From assembly GCA_976551045.1 (NCBI GenBank), contig CDPCPM010000014.1:18662001-18726000 (forward strand): a DNA stretch of 64,000 nucleotides, read 5' to 3'. The position numbers and the translations under genes were made by a program. Position 1 is the stretch's first letter; the number at the start of each line of letters is the position of its first letter. This DNA is from Glaucostegus cemiculus. Its lineage: Eukaryota. Below are positions 12,030 through 26,479 of this stretch, in pieces. The notes under the pieces are model-generated. The model ran no database searches. It was not told the origin of the DNA and saw only the letters and a list, made by a program, of their open reading frames with translations.

Positions 12030-12620
12030 ATTAATTCCTTTGACATAACTTGCCCAGTCCCATTCATTTATCACCACATAGTTACTTTCGCTCCTGATTA
12101 ACAATGCCCTGATTTGATCATTTTCATTCTAGTAATTCTCACCCCTTCCTTGGCATCTCCCTTCTCCACTCTCTGTCATCTTCTCCATCTGTGTAGCCCA
12201 CCAAGATATCTATGGTTAGAATGGTAGATGCTGCAGATGCTGGAAATTGGAAACAAAACTTGAGAATGCTAGTAAGGTTCATTCAGCATCAGTGAAGAGG
12301 GAAACTGAGTTAATGTTTCAGGCTGATAACCTCTCGTCAGATATCTATGCTCATCTGATTCTAGCATCTTGAGATGTATACAAATGTACTTGCTCCATTA
12401 TTGATGGCTGTCAATGCCCTTGGCTCTAGAATTCTTTCTCTAATCCTTTCACTCTCTATCTCATCATCTTTTTTCAGGTGACTTTTAAAATCAAGCTATT
12501 TGATCAAATTTTTTAATCATCTGCCATAATATTTCCTTGTGGCTCAATATCGAATGATGTATGATGAAGCTCCAAAGAAATGCCTTGGGTTATTTTGCAA
12601 CATTAAAGGAGATATATGGA
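12030..12620 (+). mobile_element. Degenerate L2 3' end with an inserted Penelope terminal-repeat copy (about 12225-12345)
   Basis: L2-type tail GAAATGCCTTGGGTTATTTTGCAACATTAAAGGAGATATAT. Confidence 0.5.
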
Positions 12621-13774
12621 TGATTTTTGGATACGAGTTTTTAAACTTGTGCCATCTAGTCATCATATGCACACTGTACTTCTGACAGCGTGTTGATGCC
12701 TTCAGCTGAGCTATTTATGGTTTTGGGGAAGTGGTATGGAAGTAAACCATGGTGAGGTTCCATTCCCCGGTGCTGATATTGCCTCTTTACTGAATGCTAA
12801 CGGTGGTTGGCAGGCAATCCCAGAGTGCAGTCTGTCATGTACTCTCAAGTAGGGGCAAGGTGCAAGCAGGGACAGGCTGTAAAGAAGGTGGAATATCCCA
12901 AGTATTTTTCTGCTTTCCACCACCCAGTTCCCCTGCTTCCCCCCAACTCTTCTCGTACTCCCACATGGCAAAGAATATTTATTATCCCATAACCAGGTAT
13001 AATAAGGTGTGCATAAATAAAGCCATATGGTTTTGTTCAGTGAGTTATGTGCACTTCTAGTTAAGTAAGAAACAAGAATGTTATTGCCAATTATGAAACA
13101 ACTTTTTTTAATAAGATGTTTTGTTAGTGCATATAGTACCATATATAATTTAACTTAACAGCCATGCTGTTGACTTCTTGTATGGCTATTAACTTCAGAC
13201 TTCTGTCAACTGATGGGGAAAAAATGCATTTAAATCTTTAAATTCAAATTTCCACTTATGAGCAGCTTTTTGCTTGATTAAATTGCTGACTTTCCTGATA
13301 ATTGAAAAATGCTTTACTTGATTGCACGCATGGCAGAAGAATTTCATCAATGAGAAACTGATTTTCTCAAACTATGACAGGAGAGAGAGAGATGTCATTT
13401 TTGTTAATAATCAGTAAGAAAGAGAAAATTGATTAATCTAGTTACAATGTATTTGTGGGCAGGGTGGGGGTTGGCTGTAGAAGTCCTAAGTGGAAACTTG
13501 TTAGTATGTGGTAGTAACAAAAGAATTTCCAAAGGCATTTTGCATCAATTATATGACTTCATAGAAACAACTCTTTAACCCTACATGTTCAGTTAGGAGT
13601 GTAAGAAACCATTTCTGGAAAATGTGACCCATATACAAGTTTAATGTAATTTTCTCTATTCCCCTCCTTCCTGTACTTGATTATTCCTAATTGTTCTATT
13701 CAGGTACAGCATTTTTCTTCAAACCTGATAGTTTATTAATCTCAACCGCTTCATCCTTGCACATCAGCACTCTA

Positions 13775-14130
13775 TGGGCAGCACAATGGCACAGCCGTCA
13801 GTGCTGCTGCCTCACAGATGTAGGAACCTCTGTTTAATCCTGACCCCAGGTGCTGTCTGTGTGGAGTTTGCACATTTTCCCTATGACCGTGTGGCTTTCC
13901 CCTGGTTTCTCCAGTTTCCTCCCACACTTCAAGGTGTGTTGGTACGTTAATTAGCCACCATAAATTGTTCCTTTGCGATTAAGTGACAAAATGATCAGAA
14001 GGGGAGTTGGGCATGTGAGAAAGAATATGTTGTAAGGGTAGCAAGGTAAGCAGATGTGGGAATGATGGGATTGCTTTTGTGGGAGCTGGCATGTATTTGA
14101 TGGGCTGAATAGTCTCCTGCTCTGTAATAT
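13775..14130 (+). mobile_element. V-SINE (HE1-like)
   Basis: GGGCAGCACAATGGCACAGC head; GTCTGTGTGGAGTTTGCACATTTTCCC..GGTTTCTCCAGTTTCCTCCCACAC V-domain. Confidence 0.75.
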
Positions 14131-14514
14131 TTATTTAATGTCCTTTAAAGCCTCCTGAATTCCTGTACAAGTGTCTGGAACTCCTTATTTTGAAATTAGG
14201 AGTCAGGTTATACCGCTGCCACAGTACTGAAACTATTCTGGCCAAAGTTGCCTTTTAATATCTTGCACAGTTGTGAATATAATTTGGGTCTACAGCAGGG
14301 CAAGGAAAACTATTTGCAACCTTGACCGGTTGACATCATCCATTCTCCAGCAACACTGCTGCCATCTACTTAATGCTTCCATTCTTATTCAGTCATAATC
14401 AGAAGACTACCTGCAGTGGATCCTTTTTTGGTCCCAACATTATTGTTGGTGTCCTCCTTTCCCAACCCACCCCCCACCCCAAGGATCTTTCCTTGAGTGT
14501 ACAGTTTGCCTTGT

Positions 14515-14790
14515 TGATTGGTATTGGTTTATTATTGTCACTTGTACCGAGGAAAGCTTGTCTTACAAACTGATCGTACAGGTCAATTCATTACACAGGG
14601 CAGTTACATTGAGTTAATACAGAGTGCATTGATGCAGTACAGGTTAAAAAAAACCAATGTTTAGAGTAAAGTGTCACAGCTACAGACAGTGCAGTGCAAT
14701 AAGATGCAAGGTCACAATAAGGTAGATCGTGAGGTCATAGTCCATTTCATTGTATAAGGGAACTGTTCAATGTATAAGGGAACTGTTCAA
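14515..14790 (-). mobile_element. Rex1/Babar 3' UTR fragment
   Basis: Close reverse-complement match to 45610-45853 (TTATTATTGTCAC end). Confidence 0.8.
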
Positions 14791-14799
14791 CTGTTCCAG

Positions 14800-15190
14800 C
14801 TATCTGGCTGTCACTTGTGGCTCCAGCACCATCTCCAAATTGTCTGATATCTGGTACTGGATGAGCAGAAATTTCCTCCAACTAAGCACCATCATTGCTC
14901 CTCCAGTTCTGGCTTTTTGATATTCCCTTAACTTAATCACTTCACCGCTGTCAGTTGTGGCTTCATTTGGACAGTCCCTGTAATTCTGGAAGTCCTTCGC
15001 CAAACCTTCATGCTCTGCCTCCAGTTCCACTTTTAAGATAATTTTTTTAAACCTATCTCTTTGATTGTTTTTTGGAATCAGCACTAATGTCTCCTTTTGT
15101 CACTTGGCACCAGGTTGTATTTGATGATACTGCTATGGGGTGTTGTCTTACCATGTTAAAGCTACCACGTAAATCAAATTTGTTGTTCAT
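14800..15190 (+). mobile_element. Degenerate L2 3' end
   Basis: Tail CCATGTTAAAGCTACCACGTAAATCAAATTTGTTG; resembles 12400-12620. Confidence 0.45.
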
Positions 15191-16274
15191 CACTTCTGTA
15201 CTGTTAGAGATTTACAGTATTTTAAAGTATTTGATGTTTAAATTGGCTTAATTAGATAAGTAGTTGAACTGTAAAATTTGCCTATCTTTTTTAAAAAAAC
15301 TGTTCGTGACCCAAAAGCTAATGAATAAATTTAGAGTCTTATTTACAATGTTGAATCATAAAAGAACATTAAGAATGAAATGTTCTATCACTTCAAAAGG
15401 AATCAAATTGATTTATTTAACAGAATGTGAAGCTGGATATATCATGGATTTTACGAACTATATTTAATCTCCAGAGATATTTCCAGCAATTTTTTGCTTT
15501 CCTTCCAAATGGAATCAACTGACATGCCAGAGTATTTATCCATACCCCTCAGACTGCTGCGTGCTTTCTTTAAATGAAACTTCTGCACTCTTAGCCATAT
15601 GGTATTTGCTGTTTTCCAAGAAACGTTTGAACTTTTCTGTTCGATCATCTCTGTGATCTTAATCTAGACTGCTGACAAGATGCATATCCAGATGCCTTCT
15701 GAAGTGACTACCAGATCTTTGGCTTGGTTTCCCTCTGTCCTCTATTCTTCTCGTTTGCTAGTTTTGACTGAGAATTTCATGTTTATACTTTTTTAAAATT
15801 TCTTGCTGATTGTCAATTATATTTGGGAACCCTTAGATTTGGTTGGTCCCAAGACATGTGTGCAGGTTGTCCATGATTTCTGACCTACAGAGGTATCCTA
15901 GCTTCCAGTACAGTTGGCAGTGGACTGAGCTGGCACATCGTACTAATTAAGTAAATATTTGGTAGCTGGAGCTTGGGAGACAAGTTGATCTTTAGGTTAC
16001 TATGGTGTGTTAACTGCAATTTGTGCAACGTCCCTTCTATAACACTAGTTGCTCACTCCTGCAATAATAAAGCTCCAGGGACAATTCTTGAACTTTTTTT
16101 TTGCATGTTCTTCATCACCAAGTACTTGGTATATGGTCCATTTCTTTTTGTCTTTTTCTACAATTGTGGGAAGATTGGATCTTTACATTTTCTACTTTTA
16201 CCTGCATCTTGCATTCTCCCCATGATGGCCTTTCATGTGAGGAAACCCATGCTGTGAAGAAATTCACTTTTTGC

Positions 16275-16650
16275 TATAAAGAAAGAAGTTGCTTTAAAGA
16301 CGTGAGGTCATGCAAGGCATTCACAACTTCTGAAGCACCATGGGAAACGTGGTAGTCAATTTGTGCAGAGCAAGGTTGCACAAAGAGCAATAAGGTAGTG
16401 TCCTGTTTTTATGATGAATGAGGAATGAATATTGGCCTGGATACCATGGACACCTTCATTGCTGTGTTCAGAATTGTACATTGAGTTTTTTTAATGACCA
16501 CAAGAGATGCTTCAGTTTAATCCCTTGTCTGAAAGGCATCATGTCTGTCAGTATAGCTTTATCCCTCAATGGAAATTGACCTAGATTTTTGCTGCATTTT
16601 GAATCCAGATCCTTTAGACTTGAGAGCTATTTACTACCTCTGAGCAGCAA
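16275..16650 (-). mobile_element. SacSINE1-like Deu-SINE, degenerate
   Basis: Reverse similarity to 47745-48148 (AATATTGGCCTGGATACC; GTTTAATCCCTTGTCTGAAAGGCATC). Confidence 0.6.
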
Positions 16651-17964
16651 CTAACATCTGAAAATTTTTGATGTGGTTGATGTCTCTTTAAAATTCAGTC
16701 AATGTACTTGGAGAATTGCAAAGTTAACTCAGAAACTTGTACAAGGTTTACCTGAAAGAATATCGCACAGTCTTTGGTAACCAGCTTGAGAGCGAATGTT
16801 CCATTGACAGAAAGTTCTGCTGTAACTTGAGATTTCACAAATTCAAAACAGAAGAAAATTTGTTTACCTTCTTCCAGATTAGAGAAATACTTGGAATTTG
16901 AATGCATTTTGAAGAAAAGTTTAAAAATCCAAGGACCAAAGAACAGCTTGGGAAGAACTGAAAGATTATGAGTTTCAGAAAGGGAAGCGATTATGGGGTA
17001 AAGACTGGTACAAGTGGGAAAACTTTTTTTAAAAGACACTTATTGACCATTGTAAATAACTTGCATTGCGGCAGTTACAAGCTGTACCTTCAAACCACAA
17101 ATGCTTGCAAATTACAGTGAAGGTTTATTCTCGAAATTACAGTCCAAGTCTGTTTGAAGCATAAAACATGGGGTAGGCAGGAAAAGAGGAAAAGAAAAGT
17201 ACCATTGTTGGAAATGCCTTTTAAACATATTCATAACATAGAGAAGGCTCTCCATCTCTGGAATTTAATGGTTCCATGATTGTGTATCTCTGGCACCAAG
17301 TGGATTCTTTGCTACTATGAATTTTGGGTAAGGAATTGTATGGTTCATGAAATCCCAGGGGGCTGAAGAACTGAGAGAGAGTGACCTGAAATGGAGGCAC
17401 AGTATGGGAAAGAAAAGCTGAGGGTTTGGGAGGAAAGAATTTTTTTTCCCTCTTTTCCTAGCCGTTGCTTTTCACATTAAGCTTATTCACAAGTCTCTCC
17501 TGTTTTTGGAACTTCTCGCAAAATAGCTGCTAGTACAAAACCACAAATAAAATGATCAACTACAAGAAGAACTTTAAACTCCACATGGGCAGAACATCAT
17601 GTAATTAAACTTCCAGGAATGCTTTCAACAAGAGTTGGCAGCTGTACTCCCCTCAGTACATCCAATTGCTGATATGCTGATGACCACAACCCCCCCCCCC
17701 CCCCAACCCACACCCTAATATGGAAGACATTATCAGCTGCAACTCAGTAATTGGGAAGAAGTTTCTGAACAACATGTTGAAAATAAGGACGTCTGTAAAT
17801 GATGAGCACTAGGTGCAGCTCCTTTTTACCTGTGGCTACTTTATAAGTTTCACAGTAAGATAAGTACATAAGCAAACTCAGTTTCTTGAAGCCATCCATT
17901 TGTCACTTCAATTACTAGTATATAAAGGACATGATGCTTCAATATGTACCAGTTCTGCTTATCA

Positions 17965-18290
17965 GACTCCTAGTCATACAACACAGAAATGGGCACTTAT
18001 GCCCACCAAGTCTGCAATGACCATCAAACACAATTGCACTAATCCTACTTTTTTTTTAAATATATTCTCCTCACATTTCTATCAACACACCCCAGGTTCC
18101 ACCACTCAACTACATGCAGGGAAATTTACAATTGTCAATTTGCCTAACAATCTCTGTGTCTTTGATGTGGGAGGAAGGTTGTGATCGCAGGGAGAACTTG
18201 CAAACTCCACATAGACAACACCAGAGGTAAAGATTGAAACTGAGTTGCTGAAGCTATGAGGCAGCAGATCTATTAGCTGCAGTACTTGCT
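17965..18290 (-). mobile_element. Older V-SINE
   Basis: GGGAGAACTTGCAAACTCCACATAGACAACACCAGAGG reverse V-SINE motif. Confidence 0.7.
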
Positions 18291-21200
18291 ACTCAGTTTT
18301 TCTTCATTACTTGTTAAATGAATTTACATCTGAATATGCTTTATTCCCTTCTGACCTTCAACTAACCTTTCCTGTCTGAACTAGAGGTGTAGGATAGTCC
18401 AGGACCTAAAAGCATTTATTTAATGAAAATTGATACTTACTTAGCCAGGGACATTATTGTTGAGATTTCCAGGCAAAGTTTCATATCCTCAAGAGAATAG
18501 GAATGAGTGCTTTTTCCAGTGATCCAAGTACAAATACCATAATAGTGTAGACTAAAATTGAAGTGAAGAATGTAAATGTATTAATTGTATTATGACTTTG
18601 TCTGTGGCTTCTTGAGTCCATTGTACAAGATTAATGTGCAGTTATATTTTTCCATTGCAGTAAAGTTGATTCTCTCTTGCAGTGAAATAACTGCAGTACA
18701 ACTACAAACCAGCATCAGTTTTCATAATTTACCACAAATTAAATCAGTTCAGGAAATGCTGCTATATCTGTTCATATGATTTATCAATGGGATCACTTTC
18801 TGCTTGTCTCACTTCTGGCAGGGAGTTCAAGTGGAGAGGTGAGAAAAACTTGGCAATGATATTTATCGTTGTTCACTGCACTCATTAGAATGATTCTTGA
18901 GATGAAGCAATTTGTCTTTAGAGGAAAGATTGAGTGGGTTGAGCATATCATTGGCATTTAGAAGAGTGCAGGATAGTATTGTAAAATGATCCTCTGAGGA
19001 GGGATTGTCGGGGTGGATACCGAGAGGGCAGAATGTAGAACCTGGGGGGGTGTAGTCTCAAAATAAATGATCATTGCCTGAGGTGGAGAGTAAGAAACTT
19101 TCCTTTGCGATTCTGTACCCCAGAGAGATGTGGAGGCTGATTCATTGTCTGTCCTGCCCTTGAATATATTCAGACAGATTTTTGGTGTCTGGGAGGGGGG
19201 TGGGGGGGGTTGAGGATTGGAGAACAGGCAAGAAAGCAGAGCTGAAGCCAAGAACAAATCTACAATGATCTTGATGTATGGTACAGCAAACTTTTATGTT
19301 TGCAAAAAATAGTTTGATTTGATGTGTAGATTGGTCCCCTTGAGATGCATTCCACTAAACCATATTAATAGTCTTCCCAAACGGGAAGTGTGCAATAAAT
19401 GATTAACAAAGCCACTTTTAAGCATGAGAGTAGAAGTAACATCATGGATTATTCAACCTCTCTTGAATGCTCTCTGACATTCGGTTTGATCAGGCTGTAT
19501 TATAGTTCAAATATATTTATCCTCAATATCATCACCTATCAAACATCTATCTGTTTTAAATTTTGACTTTTTTATTCCCAACTGACCTAGTCTCTCAGTC
19601 TCATTGTATGGGGAGCTGTAGATTTCCATAACCCTTTGTGTAGAGAGTTGATTCGTGCCATTACTCCTGAATGGTCTCTACCTAAAAGTAGATTGCTTTG
19701 TTCCAGATTTCTTAGGAAGCAAAATTGTTTTGAACTTCAAGAAATCCATTAATCATCTCAAACACCTGAGTCTTCCAAACCCAGCAATGCAACCTTATGT
19801 ACAATATGTGCAACAGAGTTTTGGATGACCCTTGGGATTAAGGAGATTTCAGTGAGGGAGGCTATCCAGGAAAGCATTTAAATAATCAGCACTATACTAC
19901 CTACCTTGTAAGTTAACCTTCTAAATCCCTATATCATTCTGACAAATAATCACACTGCATCTACTAGAGTGGATTCTGAAATATATTGCCGAGAACTTAA
20001 TTAATTTATCCAGTTGAATCAAAACCACTATTGTTCACCACTGGCTTGTATTGCACTCATTTTTGTATACCAACTTCCTTATTAATTTTGATACTCCAAA
20101 TAATTCCTGCACGTGGACTCTTTTAGTGATTTCTGTATGCAGCAGTAAGCTAGGAGTGTAATCTATTTAGGAAAATACAATGAGCAAGATTATATCCAAG
20201 ATTTATAGTCTCAGACTTCCCCACAGTTTGCCTATTCACTTAAAATGTAGCAAGGGAACATGGATAGATTATTCTCCACTACTCATTTTATTAACTAAAT
20301 TAATGTTAGTAGCAAAACTGGGTTGTTGATGAAAGGTCTCTGTACTTTCATTTAAAACTTGAGCATAACCCATTTCTTTAAATTAGAAATAGATACAGAA
20401 GATACTGGAATTACTCTGCAGGTCAGGCAGCATCTGTGGAGAGTGAAGGGCAGAGTTAACACTTCAGAATAATCATCTGCCCGAAATAGTAACTGTTTCT
20501 CTCTTCCATGGTTCCACATAACTGTTGACTATTTTCAATGCTTTGTTACTATATCAGGTTTCTACTACCTGCAGTATTTTAATGCATTTTAGAAAGTTGG
20601 ATGTGGCTCCTGTATTTTTTTTATATGTGTATATATAAAACAAAAGGATACCAGGGAATTTTGTTTAGCCAGAAATCTGTTGATGGGGAAATTACTGGAC
20701 TCTGTACTGAAGGATGTAGTGACAAAACATTTCAAAACTTCAGCTGAATTAGATTGTGATGGATCAATCATGCTTTTTGTTTTGAAGACTTAACTAAAAT
20801 AAAGGTCACTACAAAGTTTATGAATTAATATATTGGAAACATATCTCTATAATTTTCAGAAGGCAGTTAATTAAAAACTCTCCATTTTTATGAGTGTTCT
20901 TTCAAACTGAAGCTAATGGTAGTGAAGGCAAATCTTGGCAGGTACTTGTACAGAAGGGTAGTGTACAGTGTTTGACAGGACCTTCCCAAACTGCATTCTT
21001 GCCATCTAGAATGATGAGTGCAACTGCATACTTCTGATCTGCTGAGTGTTTCTGGCATTTTCTGCTTTATTTCAAAGAACATCTGTTGTTTTTTCTTTCT
21101 GTGACTTTTTTTTTACATGTGGCATTCCAAGGCCCGGGAAGAACCACTGAAAGCCAGAAGATGGGACTCTGTTGTAAAAGTGATGTACTGATAGATTGTG

Positions 21201-22049
21201 GAGAGCAAACCTTTTTAACAGCTTTTGTCCCAATTCTTGAAGCTGGATAGTCACCTAAATTTGCATAGTAATCTTGTATCAGTGCTGCTTGGTGTCATTT
21301 ATCTTAAATTTATTCAACCCAATCCTGCTGCTCTTTTTTTGAAGCTAGCAAGCTTACTAAAATTTATCTAATGTCTACTTAAGTGGAAAAGCAAATGCAG
21401 GATTGATGGAATCTGCACAGCAGTAAAGATATCATTGCAACTTCCTAAGTTGGTTTCAGGTTTGAAATGCTTATTTCAGCATGTGGCAGGATCCAATTAG
21501 AGATTGGAAGGGATCAGAGTAAATGTCACAGCAGATAGCATTAAAATCTGATGAAACAATTGGCATGAATTCTTGGGAAGGAAATGCTTGGAATTGGAGT
21601 TGAAATGTAACAAGTAAATGAATAATCAGAGGTTTTAAAAAAACAGCTTAGAAGCTTGGATTATACTTAATATTTGGAAATGTAACCTAATACTAAAGAG
21701 AGAGCGTCTCAGTTAATATGGCGTTTTCTGATCCAGCATTAATGTGGTTTTGATTAGTTGGCATTTCATGTTTTTAAACTTCTGTTTCCGTTCATCCCAC
21801 AAAGCTGTATTCTCCATTACCATGCATCTGATTCCAATTTGCTTTTACTGTTCATTGACATAAATAGACAGTTATCTGAGGTTGTTATTTTGAAAGCACT
21901 GTTCATGGAATCAGAGAATTTACAGCTTAAAGCCATTTGGCCCACAATACCCATGCCAACTAGAAAAGAGCTACTCCGCCTAATCTCCACAACTTGGTCC
22001 AAAGTTCTGCATATCATGGCTCTTCAAGTATGCAAGTACCATTTTAAAT

Positions 22050-23960
22050 GCAAGATTTTCTACATTTATCATCCATATTGGCCAGTGAGTTCCAAAATCC
22101 TTTCAACTTCAGGGTGAAATTTATTTCCCTCATCAAACTAATCGTCTGCCAGTTATTTTAAATCCATACTCTCATAATTTAAAAAAAATTACTGAGGCTC
22201 ATAGGTCTTTCCTGCCTATTTTATCTTGCCTCCATAATTTGGAGCACCTTAATTAAGTTCCTCAGTTATCAGAGCTACAAAGGAAAAGAAGGAGATGCTG
22301 AGTTGTTTTTGGAACAGCTTTGCAACCATGGCAACAGCCTTGTAAATATTCTGTGCCTCCTCTCCAATACAATTGCATCTTTCCTGTAATGTGGTGACTG
22401 GAACTGTAGACAGGCTTCAAGTTATGGTCTAACTAGCATTTGTACAAAGGCGCAACATAACCTCCCTGCTCTGCTAGATTCTAGGCCTTGGCTAAGAACG
22501 GAAAACATCTTGAATGTCAATGTAATCACCTTGGCCACCTGACCTGCTGCCTTTTAAGGACATGTGACCATTCAATCAAAGTGTCCCTTGTTCCTCCATA
22601 CCAATCTATCCCTCTGTTTATTGTGCATTCCTTTACCTTGTTGTACCTCCCAAAAAGAAGTTAAATGCATCTCTGGATTAATGGAGACATGTGACTACAG
22701 ATGCTGGAATCTGGAGCCACAAACAAGATGCTGGAGGAACTCAGCCAGGTCAGGCAGCATCTGCAGAGGTAATTGGACAGTTGACATTTTGGTTCAAAAC
22801 CCTTCATCTGGACTGAGAGACAGGCTGGGAGGTGATAGGTGAAGGCAACAAATGGCTGCAAATGGGAATCTGATTGGAAAGGAAGGTGGAGCAGGAAATC
22901 AAATAAGGGAAGTGGAGTGGGAATGGTGGGGGGGGGGGGAAGGGGATTAAATTTCATTTATCTTTTTTTCTGTGCGACTGACCTGACCCCATCTATAATT
23001 TGTATCTAAAATTATCCTTGCTGTCAGTCAAATGGTCAATTTTTGAAACATCTGCAAACTGCTTTAGCATGATCCTTGTATGTTTGTCTAAATCATAGAT
23101 ACAGTATGTGTTACAAAAAGCAAGGTATTAAGTTCTTGCCCCTGTGGAGCCATACTGGTAAGGCCTTTCAGTCACAAAAGCACCCATCAACCAAAACCCT
23201 TTACTTCCCTCCACCTATCCCATATGCCACTCTCATGGATTCTGTGGGCTTTTACATTTTCCACCAGCTTGCTGTATAGTACTGTTTCAAAAGCTTTTTA
23301 AAATCATGTAGACTACATCGAGCGCGCTGCCCTCATCTGCAGCATTGCTGTCTTCCCTTATTTCATGAAGATAGCCACAAAGTATTAAGAACCTTGTGTA
23401 CGTACTCCACCGCCACACATACAGGCTAGCTGTTTAGTCTGTAATAAAGTCTACTCTTTGCTTTAGTAATTCTTTTGATCCTTTTGCACATGTAAGATAT
23501 CATTTGATATTATTATTGTAACAGCTGTTATTTTCTCACACCCTCATTGCTTTCCTAATTTCCGTTCTAACTTCTCTCTTACACTTACTACACACCTCAA
23601 GACCCTGGTATTTCTTATAAGCTTCTTCCCCTTTTTCCATTTTATTTTATCCTCTCTGCACTTTGTTTTCTAGGTTTGACAGTCCCACCTGTTTTCTTAA
23701 TAGGAACATGTTTACTCTGAGTCCCGTGAATCTCCCTTGAATGCCTCTCTTTGCTCTGACTGGTTTGATTTACCTTCAAGTAGCTGTTTCCAATCCACTT
23801 TTGCTACATCTCTGGTAAAATTGGCGATATCCCAACTTTTACTGCTATTTCATCTTTTGTCCTTTTTCATAACTATGCTAACTCCAGCTGCATTTTGATC
23901 ACCACCATAATAATGCTCCCCCACTGCTGCTACTCCCACCTGTCTAGCTTCTTCATTTCT
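22050..23960 (-). mobile_element. Highly degenerate CR1 fragments with an inserted Penelope terminal-repeat copy (22690-22930)
   Basis: CTTGTAAATATTCTGTGCCTCCTCTCCAA..GTGGTGACTGGAACTGTAGACA matches 30030-30110. Confidence 0.55.
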
Positions 23961-26479
23961 TGTACTAGATCCAAAATTGCTGGTTCACCCACCTCCTCAA
24001 CCATCTACCCACTCCTCCACTGACCCCCCACCCCCCCACACCTTTTGTTAAACTTGCACTTAATCATGGGTTTCTTGAGCTAGTCTTTGCTCATAGGTGC
24101 AATATGTAGCACTCTATTTAAATGTTTTGATTCAAGTTCCTGAAATACTGGAGAGAGTGATGAAATTCAGTGCTTCAAAGACCATCTACATCTGGCTGGC
24201 TGTCTCTACTAACTGGATACACATGTTAAATTGTCATATGCCATATAACTCCAGATCTGTTTTCACTTTCGAGATACTTGACTATTTAAAAATAACCAAA
24301 AAATGATTAAACTAAATATATCAATGGATGATTGTGAGAAAAAGCAAGTTCATATCCTGTTTACATCTGAGCTAAACTGTATGGTTTAGCAGTGTATGTT
24401 AATCTAATTATAAAATCAAGGGATAGGGCTGTTCCACTGCTTTTCTGTACCTTCAAGTTAAATTTTGCCTTGATATTAAACAACATCTGAAAGCTGTCGA
24501 TATGGAGCTATGTTGCTAAAGTTTTTAAATATCTTGTCCCATTGTGGTATAGATAGTTATTGTTTAAAATGTGTACTTCTAAATCCATAATTACTAAGAA
24601 AATGTGTTTCTATTTGATATTATTCTCCACATTTATATACAAAATTTTTAACATGCAAATAAGAATATGTGACTCTAATATCTCTGATGCATTTTGGCTT
24701 CAGCCTGAAGAAATTCTGCCATGTTGTAAATTTCCTTTTATATTTGGCCGGTTGAGGTGGATATGAAAGATCTTACTCCTTTTTAACTATTGATTAATTC
24801 TTCCTGTGCAGATTGGCTGCCATGTTTGGCAACAGAGGCATTTAACATTTTGGAACCTCCTAAAAACTAAACAGGTTTCATATAAATTAAGGTCTTATTT
24901 CATTGGAGTAAGTACACTTATATTGACTAAGAACCCATGTTCCAGTCTCATTTGTTTGTGGATGATCGTTTCAATGCACTTTTGCATATGTTATTAGAAA
25001 TCCTATATCTTCAATACTTGTGTGTTTTTTTGTTTGAAAGTTGCAGTTGTGTTCAACTTCTTATTCTATATTGTTTCACTGATGTTTTAACACCATCTGA
25101 GCTATATTCAGTCCAACAATCCTTAAAAGTTTCAGTTACCAAAAATAATTGACAGATATTGTGCTGAAAACTCTAAAGCAAATAGGTTTGTAAATCACAA
25201 GATTTTCCTTTTTGGAATGACAGTACCAGAAAACTTGTTAATTTCAGTCAATTGTCTTCATGATCACAGACTTGGAAATTATCCTTACTGGAACCCTACA
25301 ATTTGAATGCAGTTGCACAGGTTCAGAGGGTTCACAAATCTTAATCGCCATTCTAAACATTCAAATATATTGTTGTATTAAGCAACATTTTAGTCTTTTG
25401 AATTCTAAGTGCTTCATTATCCACTATTGCCTCTTTGGATCTGTGTTGATTATACAGTTCAGTTACCCTTTTGGTTAAAATACAAACTGGTTTTCATTTC
25501 TAAATGCTATTTTCTGTTTGCGTTTTCACTCGATTCCAAAATAGCTTTAGTAACTCCATCACATTTATTGATACCAATAAATTACTTCATGCTATATTTT
25601 CTCATTTGTTAAGATTATCAGATAATTGAAAGAATACAGAAAATTTGCTAAAAGACATGGGTGACTTTATATTCCTGATTCTACACCTTGCTTTCAAATA
25701 TCAAAATCTAGGCAAATGCATGATCATTCAACTTCATAATGAACCACCCCTCTTCTTCATTATAAATACAATAGAATTAAATCTGTTCATAATGAAAGCC
25801 AGATTAGTGAATTCCGGTGAACATTTGGTGTCATGTGGTTCCAGTGTAATTCTTAGTTATTATTGCATCAGACCTTGGCATGACAACAAGGTTAATCACA
25901 GCCAAAAGCCTTGTTACTGTCACAGTGGGACATTCATGAGTTGTAATGGTTACTAGGAGACAAGGCCAGATAGGTTAGCATTGTCCAATATATTTGACTA
26001 ATTTGGAGGTGACTAATTGCATTTTTGAAGTGAATAATTACTGGGCATGTTTTAGTATTTGTATACTTTGGTGTGTAATGAACATTTATACCTTCTTGTT
26101 TATGCATTTTCCAGCATACCAACAAATCCTTTTTGTTTGTATGCTTTAGTCTTTATTAGTTATCTGTGAAAATGATGTGCAACATGGATAAGTGTGTCCG
26201 AATCATGACCATGGAGATCTGGCAATGTGTGATGAATTTTCATGATGAACATGCGCACATACAAGTTTCTTTATACCTATCCAATGAAGTACATATCCTG
26301 CATTCAGGAACCAATGTTTGATGGTTTTGAAATTTATTTAAAAAATCTAAGGGTTGATTTCTTTCTACTGGTGAAATTTCATAGGACTAATGCCCTTGTG
26401 GGATATTCATGGAATATTTTCAACCACTATTTACTTCATGGGAATATAATTGAACAAAACTATTGATGCTTTGCCCAAC

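Noticed and set aside
15451-17039. ORFs 15451-15648 and 16695-17039 as genes
   Set aside because: No recognisable domain or convincing paired splice sites; lengths are compatible with chance
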